From the NCBI RefSeq assembly GCF_006345805.1, contig NW_021827828.1, forward strand, positions 1 to 9,821: a stretch of 9,821 nt of DNA. Reading direction: 5' to 3'. The notes below the pieces were generated by a model, which was not told where the DNA came from, made no database searches, and saw only the letters and a program-made list of their open reading frames with translations. The translations under genes were made by a program, and so were the position numbers. Every line of letters begins with the position of its first letter. The first letter of the stretch is position 1. Of the stretch, positions 1 through 8,948 are shown piece by piece. Source of the DNA: Octopus sinensis. Taxonomy: Eukaryota.

Positions 1-202
1 CAAATTGAACTTATTTTTTTAAGCTTATTACTTACACTATCACTCTCTTTTGCTGAACTGCTAAGTTACGGGGACATAAACACATCATCAGCGGTTGTTA
101 TCAAACGATGGTTGGGACAAACACAGACGAGCACACATAAATCACATACACATACATACATGCATGCATACATATTTACACACACACATACACACACACA
201 CG

Positions 203-234
<32 letters not shown>

Positions 235-387
235 GTCTTCTTTTAGTTTCTCTCTACCAAATCCACTTACAAGGCCATGATCGGCCCGAAGCTATAGTAG
301 AAGACACTTGCCCCAGGTGCCACGCAGTGGGACTGAAACCGGAACCATGAGGCTGCGAAGCAAGCTTCTTACCACACAGCCACGCCT
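1..387 (-). mobile_element. tRNA-derived SINE (octopus CORE-type) with internal CA/TA microsatellite; 3' end runs off the window start
   Basis: The minus strand from 387 reads AGGCGTGGCTGTGTGGTAAG (A box TGGCTGTGTGG), then GGTTTCAGTCCC (B-box-like), then a CORE-like CACCTGGGGCAAGTGTCTT. A (TA)/(CA) tract at ~140-234 follows, then a 3' segment (GTCCCCGTAACTTAGCAGTTCAGCAAAAGAGAG) that I recognise from octopus SINEs. Family assignment is from memory, not a search. Confidence 0.85.
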
Positions 388-861
388 AGGAAATTTATTT
401 TCCGTACGAGATAAGATTACAATTGTACAGTTTATACGCTTGCGAATTAGATCAACGTGTTGTTTCCATTTAACATTGTTATCAACGAAGATTCCTAGGA
501 ATTTTACGTAATAAATATATAAATATATTCTATTCTGTTAATGTCAGATTCAAGCAGCGCGACTACGCTTAGGGAAATGACTTTCTGATGATGATGAAAG
601 AGCATGTATTCAGTTGCTGCAATGTTCAGCGAGAACTGCTTCTTTTCTGGGAGATATTTTAATGCATTTCGAAGTTTATTGTTTGTATATCCTCCTTGTT
701 TGTATTTGCTCTATTCATGTCCAAACGCACAGAATAGGAAGTCGGTGACGTGTCATCCGCATGCAAAATAAAATAAAAATCAAATAGATTTGTGGTTGTG
801 GGATATTATGTTAGACTCAGATAATAAATAAATATAAAGTACTCCTACAATGTTTTAAGAT

Positions 862-1072
862 TATATATATATATATTATATATATATATATATAATATAT
901 TAGATATATATAATATATATATATATATTATATATTATATATATATATGCATACATACATACGCACATACACACACACAATATTATATACATACATTTAT
1001 ATTATGGGTGTGTGTATATATGATATAATGTATATATGTATATATGTATATATGTATATATGTGTATATGTA

Positions 1073-1113
<41 letters not shown>

Positions 1114-1118
1114 ATATA
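862..1118. repeat. Imperfect (TA)n / (TG/CA)n compound microsatellite
   Basis: Directly visible dinucleotide runs; they account for ORF 947..1180. Confidence 0.95.
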
Positions 1119-1321
1119 GTTCAAATTTAGAGAAACCAAAAGACAAAGATGGGTGGGGGAGCAACAAGCAGATGTATTAGTTTGACACGTATATATATAT
1201 ATACATTTTTAAATATTTGTAAACACACACACGCCCACATATATAAGTATATATATTAAATCTTACGTGGTTATTAAACATTTTTGTACATCTTTTATAC
1301 ATGATTCATATATCTATTATA

Positions 1322-1391
1322 CATGAGTCTATTGCATTATATATATATACGTGTGTATGTGTGTTTGTGTGTGTATGTGTATGTGTGAATG

Positions 1392-1440
<49 letters not shown>

Positions 1441-1510
1441 ATATATACATGCATGTATATGTGCATGCTTATATATATGTATATATGTATGTATGTGCGC
1501 GCGCGCGTGT
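1322..1510. repeat. Compound (TA)n/(TG)n/(CG)n microsatellite
   Basis: Visible alternating purine-pyrimidine runs, including a long TA run at ~1395-1448 and GCGCGCGCGC at ~1497-1506. Confidence 0.95.
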
Positions 1511-1945
1511 ATAATGAATATCCTAAGCGTAATTTCGCAATCGTATTCATTTGCATATAGCAGTTTTCTGTTCAAGGAACTTGTTATTCAAAGATGAACG
1601 GCAGTGTGATATCTTATCGCTTCATCAGAACCTTAATTTGAACTTTTTTTTAAAGGCTCTGATGAAACAATATGATGTGACACTTTCACTCAACTCTCAT
1701 TCCATTATTTCTTAAAACGGAAACAGCTGCGTCAAAAGAACACGACCACATCTCAGCCGTTGTTTTCTTACTGGCTTATGAATCAATATGGTGTTTTGTA
1801 CTTGCTTCTGGTTCAGATAAGAGTCTGGAGACAAGGACGGCATTGAATTCCTGCCATCTCACTGCAGATGCTCAGAAATACCTTCCTATATGAACACCGA
1901 GTCTAATAATAATTATTCGTTTCACTATGGATAAGCAGAAGTATG

Positions 1946-2095
1946 ATACATACATATAATCATACGGACATACATACATACATACATACATACATGCATA
2001 CATGCATACATACATACATACATACATACATACATACATACATACATACATCATACACGCATGCATGCATGCATACATACATACATACATACATA
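1946..2095. repeat. (CATA)n tetranucleotide array, left half
   Basis: Tandem CATA with occasional CATG variants, ending at the TA (2094-2095) that precedes the MITE. Confidence 0.95.
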
Positions 2096-2475
2096 CACTT
2101 GCGTCAGAAATTAATTAGCACTTCTCAAATTTCTACATTAAATAGGTTAAATCAATTAACCTATGAGCTGTTCAAAACGTCTTACGCGATGAGAAAACTT
2201 AGTATGGTGTGATTTCGGTCCTTGCGAGGCGCTACCTATATCTATTAAACAAAGGAAGATTTGTCTGCATCCGCACTCCAAGTTGTTGTTGCACTGCTAT
2301 GTCAACATCATAAGGCTGTAGACTCTCAAACTGCTCTGCAAACAAAGTTACGTCATCGTTCTGCGCAACAGTGAACTCGCAACAAAGCAATAGTTCGAGA
2401 TATGGCCACTAGGTGACAGCACATACCTTGAGTGAAGAGCAAATCAAGGGTGCTAATTAATTTCTGACGGTAGTG
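2096..2475. mobile_element. Non-autonomous Tc1/mariner-type MITE, 380 bp, 26-bp TIRs, TA target duplication
   Basis: Left end CACTTGCGTCAGAAATTAATTAGCAC (2096-2121). Right end GTGCTAATTAATTTCTGACGGTAGTG (2450-2475), whose reverse complement is CACTACCGTCAGAAATTAATTAGCAC, a 24/26 match. TA flanks both sides (2094-95, 2476-77). No coding capacity. Confidence 0.9.
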
Positions 2476-2695
2476 TACATACATACATACATACATACAT
2501 GCATACATACATACATACATAAATGCATACATACATACATACATACATACAACATACATACATACATACATGCATGCATGCATACATACATACATACATA
2601 CATACATACATACATACATACATACATACATACATACATACATGCATACATACATACATACATACATACATACATACATACATACATACATACAT
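2476..2695. repeat. (CATA)n tetranucleotide array, right half
   Basis: Tandem CATA with CATG interruptions; same unit and strand as 1946-2095. Confidence 0.95.
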
Positions 2696-2696
2696 G

Positions 2697-3210
2697 CAGA
2701 AACTGTGCACAGTTGTGGAAATTAGCTGCTCAGCGAATGTTAACATAAAGCTGAAGATCAGTGGAAAAGAGAATACATATGCTGAACTATTGAGAAATCT
2801 ACAGTTACTCTATCCAGATTACAAATTTATACCTGTAATTATTGGGGCCCTGGGATATGTAACTCACTGCCTAAATACCAATATTGAGAAATTAGGCTTC
2901 TCAAAACCAGAAAGGGGAAAGCTCATTTGAAAACTACAGATCCAATCCATCACTGGAACTGTAAAAATTTGTAAAACTTTCCAGAAGTTTATCATTTAAA
3001 TATATATGAGCATGTCTAGATATGTAACTATATGTATGAGAATACATTCATAAAACATACAAATCTGCACATATACATACATGCATGCATACATACATAC
3101 ATACAAATAAAAATACCCTGTTGTTGATGTTGAAATCTCAAAGAAGGAACCTTGAATCTAGGTTAGAAACCAGCTCTTTCTCTACTGGCAAGGAATCTTG
3201 AAATAAAACA
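2697..3210 (+). mobile_element. 5'-truncated R4/Dong-like non-LTR retrotransposon: C-terminal restriction-like endonuclease (REL) region plus 3' UTR
   Basis: 2697-2999 translates QKLCTVVEISCSANVNIKLKISGKENTYAELLRNLQLLYPDYKFIPVIIGALGYVTHCLNTNIEKLGFSKPERGKLI*KLQIQSITGTVKICKTFQKFII*. This fits the R4/Dong REL-end pattern IIDVAxPxDxN...EKxxKYxxL...IPIVIGALG...LQK..LLGT..IL. One in-frame stop at 2928-2930. AATAAA at 3106-3111 and 3202-3207 in the putative UTR. The 3' boundary is approximate. Confidence 0.82.
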
Positions 3211-3232
3211 GATCAAACCTATATACGTATAG

Positions 3233-3250
3233 TCTCTCTTTCCCTCTCTT

Positions 3251-3308
<58 letters not shown>

Positions 3309-3420
3309 ACAAACACACACACACACACATACGTAGATGCACACATACACACACGTAGATCCATACATACACACACACACACACACACAAACACACACAA
3401 ACACACACAAACACACACAC

Positions 3421-3483
<63 letters not shown>

Positions 3484-3500
3484 CATCTACGTATATATGC
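3233..3500. repeat. Compound (CT)n-(CA)n-(TA)n-(TG)n microsatellite
   Basis: Directly visible; source of the THTH/VCVC ORFs in the track. Confidence 0.95.
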
Positions 3501-3536
3501 ATGTGTGTATAGTATATATACTCGTACTATATATAA

Positions 3537-4763
3537 TACTGCGTTGACAAAAAACCCCGTTCGTTTTCTGTCGACACTAAGCTTCAAGCACTGCAACAAG
3601 TAACTGAAGTCGGCCTGTCCCTTGCGCACACGAACTTTTTAGATACTTGACACTTCAACGTAGTTTGATGCGAACTTCCTACGAAGCGGGTCGTATTTCG
3701 TGTTCTTGGGATCAGCCTGAAAATGGAGAACCAAAACAAACATTATCGACAACTCTTGTATTGCTATTTTTAACAAGGCGAGAAAGCAGCGGAAACCTGC
3801 AGGAAGATATACGCTGTGCACAGAGGGAACGCTGTTATTGAATGAATGTGTCAGGAGTGTTTTTTAAGATTTCGTTCGGAGTATTTTTCGTTTGAATATG
3901 AATCTCTGGTCGGTCAATTGAGATTAACAGCGACAAAATGGAGTTAATTGAAATCATTCATCGTTATACGACCAAGATGATTGCATATATTCTCCAAATA
4001 TCCAAATTGGGTTTTGAAAATCATTTGCATGAACTTGGCTATGTCAGCAGGCTCGATGCTTGGATCCCACATCAATAGAATGAGGTTAACCTCACACTGG
4101 CAGATTTCCGTCTGCGATTCGTTGCAGAAACGTGTAGAAACAACCCTTTTTTGAAGATATTAGTGACAGGGAACGAAATATGGATCGTCGATAACAATTT
4201 GAAGCACAAACTATCATAGGAGAAGCGCTACGAACGACCACAAACAACCTTCAGAACAGGACTTCACCCGAAGAAGGTTATGCTCTCAGTTTGGTGGAAG
4301 TAGTAGGAGATTATCTTTTACAAGTTTCTTTCTACGGACAAAACCATCAATTCAGTTGTGTTGTGATTAGCTGGACGAATTAAACGCAGCGATTCACCTG
4401 ACGTGTCCAGTACATGCTAACTGAAAGGGAATTGACTCTCACTAAGATAATACCAGATGGTTGAGGCGTGGCTGGGAAGTACTGCTGCCTCCTCATATTC
4501 GCCTGGTTTCGTGCCTTCAGATGTCTACCTGTTTCGGTCTCTTCGAAGTCCATTGAATGGACAGACGTTCAACTTTAAAGAGAATGTAGACATTCACATG
4601 GAAGAGTAGTAGACAGGGAATTCTTTGAGCAGGGAATAATGGATCTACTCACAAGTTGGCAAAAGATACTGGAACGAAACGGTAATTATATCATTGATTG
4701 AATAAATCGCTTAGACCTTAAAACATCCTATTTTGCTTAAAAACCAAACTTTTGGCCAACACA

Positions 4764-4768
<5 letters not shown>
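3537..4768 (+). mobile_element. Decayed near full-length mariner (DD34D) DNA transposon
   Basis: Internal transposase pseudogene plus degenerate TIRs. Left end TA-CTGCGTTGACAAAAAA (from 3537). The right end reverse-complements to ATTGTGTTGGCCAAAAG (from 4765) and abuts a (TA)n run. The ~1.23 kb length is typical of mariner. Confidence 0.88.
3723..4701 (+). pseudogene. Mariner transposase pseudogene (multiple stops, frameshifts, internal deletion)
   Basis: Start MENQNKHYRQLLYCYF*QGEKAAETCRKIYAV (3723). WIPH at 4061-4072 (WVPHEL motif). TGNEIW at 4166-4183 (TGDEKW with D>N). HPKKVMLSVWW from 4265. H*DN near 4440-4451 (HDNA), followed by a deletion. GWEVL and YSPGFVPSDVYLFRSL (YSPDLAPSDY) at ~4470-4545. 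C-terminus FFEQGIMDLLTSWQKILERNGNYIID* ends at 4701. Confidence 0.93.
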
Positions 4769-4829
<61 letters not shown>

Positions 4830-4906
4830 GTGTGTACTTATAATATATATGTATATATATAATATTAAATATATATATATATACATATGTGTGTGAGTAC
4901 TTTATA

Positions 4907-4939
<33 letters not shown>

Positions 4940-5000
4940 CGTGTGCGTGTGTGTGTGCGCGCGCGTGTGTATAAATACATATACATACGCACACATGTAT
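4767..5000. repeat. (TA)n run followed by TA/TG/CG compound microsatellite with a ~59-bp imperfect tandem duplication
   Basis: Pure TA at 4767-4823. ATACATATGTGTGT...TACTT(T)ATAATATATAT occurs at ~4822 and ~4881. Confidence 0.9.
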
Positions 5001-5289
5001 AATACATAGATTATAGTTTGCTATTACATATGAAATATACGTATTATATACGTAAGTACGTACATAATACTTGCACACACGTACACATATCTATTTGAAT
5101 ATTCATTCCTTGACGAAAGTCTCCCGTTTCGACCTTAGCAGATCGTTATCACAAACGATACGATTTGAACACTTGTTATCCCTGTCTTTTGTATCAAATA
5201 TTTAAATGAGCCGAAAATATATCGATCGAAACGTAAAGATACATCTCGATAATCTTTGAAATATCAAAACATTGATATAAAGTGATTTT

Positions 5290-5640
5290 TGAGATGTATA
5301 TTTACTGTTCAAGAGTAAAGAGTACATCACGATTGATGTAGAGGTTGCCTATACCGAGACGATGGGCTAGTAATCATTATTACTAGTAATATCTGTACAC
5401 TTGACAGGATCAAAAAGTACGTGCACAGCTTTTATGAAAGTGTAAGGCTTAAAATAGCTGTTAAATGAAATGTTCGTAAAGTAAACTTCTTAGATGTGAC
5501 CTTAAATTGAGTTATTGACCTATATTACGCCTACAGAAATCTCAGTGCGGCTCTTCACCGAGAGACTAATCAATCAAACCACCCTAGATCTATTACAAAA
5601 GGATGTAGAAAATATAGCTCAAAATGTCTAGTATATCGCT
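5290..5640 (+). mobile_element. Penelope-like element (PLE) reverse transcriptase fragment, decayed
   Basis: One frame from 5349 reads LYRDDGLVIIITSNICTLDRIKKYVHSFYESVRLKIAVK*NVRKVNFLDVTLN*VIDLYYAYRNLSAALHRETNQSNHPRSITKG. YRDD is at 5352-5363, NFLDV at 5484-5498 and SNHP at 5574-5585. The LYRDDGL...NFLDV...SNHP spacing is characteristic of PLE RTs. Stops at 5466 and 5508. Boundaries are approximate. Confidence 0.85.
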
Positions 5641-5729
5641 TAACAAGTAAATATTTAATGATCATGTTTTATATCACAATCAGTCCCTAAAACGCGACGA
5701 ATTCACTGAAAATATGTCACACATCAAGT

Positions 5730-5730
<1 letters not shown>

Positions 5731-5774
<44 letters not shown>

Positions 5775-5783
5775 TAATAATAA
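5731..5783. repeat. (TAA)n microsatellite
   Basis: Directly visible trinucleotide run. Confidence 0.95.
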
Positions 5784-5990
5784 AATCAATGGTAAACAAG
5801 TTGATTTTTCCACATCGAACCACTTTACTAGAGCAATGTTCTTCAGTCGGATATTTGAAACGGTGAACATGGTTTTGACACAAGATGTATATAACATATC
5901 TGAATAATAAACTACAGCGGAAACCTGTGGTTAGTCTTGTGAACGTGGTACCGACCATCACTAGTTCCTATTGAGGAAGCTCACTGTGTT

Positions 5991-6237
5991 GGGTAAAGTT
6001 AGGTAAAATTACCTCCTCGAGTCATTCCGACTCATATGGGCCAATTTCCAGGTTTCCATGGCGTGTAAATTCCCCACCTGGACGGGACGCCGGGCCCTCG
6101 CAGGGTAACTCACTTTTGCCAGCTGAGTGGATTGGAGCAACATGAAATGAAGTGTCTTGCATCGCCCGGTCCAGGAACCGAAACCGCAATCTTATGATCA
6201 TGAGTTCAACACCCTAACCACTAAGCCATGCATCTCC
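5991..6237 (-). mobile_element. tRNA-derived SINE, second family, with short (TTACC)-like tail
   Basis: The minus strand from 6237 reads GGAGATGCATGGCTTAGTGGTTAGGG (A box TGGCTTAGTGG), then GGTTTCGGTTCC (degenerate B box), then GCAAGACACTT, GCTCCAATCCACTCAGCTGG and CCCTGCGAGGGCCCGGCGTCCCGTCCAGG. It ends in TTTTACCTAACTTTACCC. Confidence 0.8.
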
Positions 6238-6669
6238 ATAGCCCACTGTGTGACTTCAACCTAGCTTCTCTCCGAATCCAATCCTAAAAATGAGCGCTGA
6301 CTGCCATCAGTTCACCTTCAAATGACCTCTTTAATATCACAATCTACTAATTTTCAATTTTGCTATAAGTCATAAATACCTTCTCCGATTGTTGCTTTAC
6401 TGCATCAAGATTTACTTCTTACTTAGCCACTCGTTTTACCTTTCCTTTATTTATACATCCGTAAATCCAATACAAGTATCTGTCTGGTGCCTGGCGCGAC
6501 TGAGACGCCCAAAACCTTCAACACAAAAGAATAACCCCACTGCATCCTCCGTCATACGCGTTAACAGGGGACGTTTTCGGATTTTAAGTAGCGGGTTCTG
6601 TTTGAAAAAATATACTGCAGTCTCTACCCAATGCCGGTATATCCAACAATAACCCTGCAACTTGTTCTA

Positions 6670-6750
6670 GGAGACATGTCCCGGGACCCCGCGGCCAGTC
6701 CATGGGAAACAAATGTTAGTGATTGGGAACTGGAATGTCACAATCTTCAT
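6670..6750 (+). mobile_element. Possible RTE/Rex3(Expander)-like LINE remnant: start of the AP-endonuclease domain
   Basis: 6722-6745 encodes IGNWNVTI, resembling the IGTWNVRTL/GTWNVTSL motif at the start of RTE ORFs. It is preceded by GC-rich UTR-like sequence (GTCCCGGGACCCCGCGGCC). Homology stops immediately afterwards, so the call rests on one short motif. Confidence 0.35.
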
Positions 6751-7146
6751 ATAGACTCTCGCATTTGCCAACCAATGCTTTCACCTCAAAGTGACAAACA
6801 TAATATATATGATACCCATATGACTACCTTCTATAAACACTATAAAGCTTTCGCCGACTGCCACACACGTATAAACTGAGCGTTTCCCTCCAAAAATTTA
6901 AATAGATTTGAGAACGTAATTCTTACCAGGAACAGTCGTAGCTTTCTTTACTGATCAAACAAAATTTTGAATATGGAAATTAATTGTTCTTACACCTTTA
7001 AGACATCGTGTAATCATCTTATCCTAACATTTATCATTAATCATCGATTATTCTTATCATCAATCATTTTTACTATCAGTAAGATTTCTATATTACGATT
7101 ATCATTTTTACATTCAACATTAATGCTACTATTATCTCGAATTTGG

Positions 7147-7760
<614 letters not shown>

Positions 7761-7837
7761 TTCATAATTATTAAAGTTATTACCAATATCACTGCTGCTA
7801 CTATAATAATTTCTATATTAATGATAATAGTTGTTTT

Positions 7838-8046
7838 TAATCTTGGCACAAGGCCTGAAAATTCTGCGGAGGTGGGGCTTATCGATTACATCGACCACAG
7901 TGCTCTACTGGCACTTCATTTATCGACCCCGTAAGGATCAAAGGCAAAGTCAACTTCGGTGGAATTTGAAATCAGAATTTGAAAGCCGGAAGGAATGCGA
8001 CTATGTACTTTGTCCGGCGCGCTAACGATTCTGCCAACTCGTCGCC
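7838..8046 (-). mobile_element. tRNA-derived SINE, third family, copy A
   Basis: The minus strand reads GGCGACGAGTTGGCAGAATCGTTAGCGCGCCGG (A box), GATTTCAAATTCC (B-box-like), GGGGTCGATAAA, GGTCGATGTAATCGA, CAGGCCTTGTGCC. It is colinear with the copy at 9110-9330. Confidence 0.87.
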
Positions 8047-8049
8047 CGA

Positions 8050-8051
8050 AT

Positions 8052-8087
<36 letters not shown>

Positions 8088-8133
8088 AATCATAATAATA
8101 ATAATAATAATAATAACAATGATGATGATGATG

Positions 8134-8199
<66 letters not shown>

Positions 8200-8292
8200 A
8201 ATAATAATAATAATTAATAATAATAATAAAATAAGAATAATAATAATGATAAATAATAATAATAATTATAATAATAATAATAATAAATAATA

Positions 8293-8325
<33 letters not shown>
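8050..8325. repeat. Compound (AAC)n-(AAT)n-(GAT)n microsatellite
   Basis: Directly visible trinucleotide runs. Confidence 0.95.
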
Positions 8326-8327
<2 letters not shown>

Positions 8328-8882
8328 GCCCTGATGCAGTACCAGATAGTGGCTCTCAGGGCTTCTAATCTTAACTGATTGGAAGTGTTATCATCTACAT
8401 TGTTTTGTCTTGGTATAAAAGATGGGCTACAGCAAATATTCTGCTCAATACCACAGATTTGTTTGTCAGTTGTTTGACCGTAACCAGTTGAGCATGTCCC
8501 TTTGTGGCTGACGATATGTGCATCTCTGATCACAAGCAGAAGTAGTGGGGGAGCATCGTAGCCATGTGTTGAGGGGGATACTTTGGGGTTTGAATAAGTC
8601 ACCTCTGGAAACATGGGTGTTTCGTTTAACATCCTGAAACAACCCTTATTCAGGGACCTTTTGAGCGGGATGGGTTACTCGACCAGAAGAAAATTCTAAG
8701 TGGACCCCACCTGCAAGGTCATGCGCTGTTTATCTTGATATGAGATCACCATGTCGCGCACACATGGTTGTGATGCATGTGCCTAGTGTACCCTTATCAG
8801 ACGGGTAGTCATGATGGGTATACTGGGCTTCGTATAGTTGTACCCCGGTGTCACTTTGATGACATGCACTGCTCTCTTACTC
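8324..8882. mobile_element. Unclassified ~560-bp interspersed element bounded by (AAT)n on both sides
   Basis: A sharp transition from (AAT)n into complex, more GC-balanced sequence (AAATGCCCTGATGCAG...) and back into (AAT)n after CTCTCTTACTC. No TIRs and no tRNA head seen. I recall it as a recurrent octopus repeat but cannot verify that here. Confidence 0.6.

Positions 8883-8948
<66 letters not shown>

Noticed and set aside
385-505. CCTAGGAAATTT (385-396) and CCTAGGAATTTT (494-505) direct repeat as a possible target-site duplication
   Set aside because: Short and AT-rich, and it does not bracket any identifiable element. The SINE's other end lies outside the window.
308-511. 67-aa ORF
   Set aside because: It overlaps the antisense strand of the SINE head and has a non-ATG start.
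507-710. 68-codon stop-free minus-strand frame in unique sequence (SKYKQGGYTNNKLRNALKYLPEKKQFSLNIAATEYMLFHHHQKVISLSVVALLESD...) as a possible exon
   Set aside because: No recognisable homology and no convincing polypyrimidine acceptor or donor pair. RNA-seq or tblastn could overturn this.
2441-2700. CRISPR-like or other prokaryotic repeat array
   Set aside because: The repeats are simple tandem units without unique spacers, there are no cas genes, and the context is eukaryotic.
947-3629. Numerous ORFs rich in YI, VC, MYVC, HTYI or TH
   Set aside because: They are translations of di- and tetranucleotide microsatellites. Only the 3' part of 2523..2930 is real (retroelement REL remnant).
5783-5910. 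KINGKQVDF... resembling the LINE RT 'I.I.G..LE.V..F.YLG' region
   Set aside because: The diagnostic F.YLG motif is absent and the frame closes after about 40 codons.
6000-6240. tRNA genes at SINE heads (also near 387, 8046 and 9110)
   Set aside because: A/B boxes are present, but no complete cloverleaf is evident and each continues into a SINE body.
6631-6879. 82-aa ORF or possible exon after TTGTTCTAG
   Set aside because: No homology recognised. An overlapping frame better explains part of the region as an RTE motif remnant.
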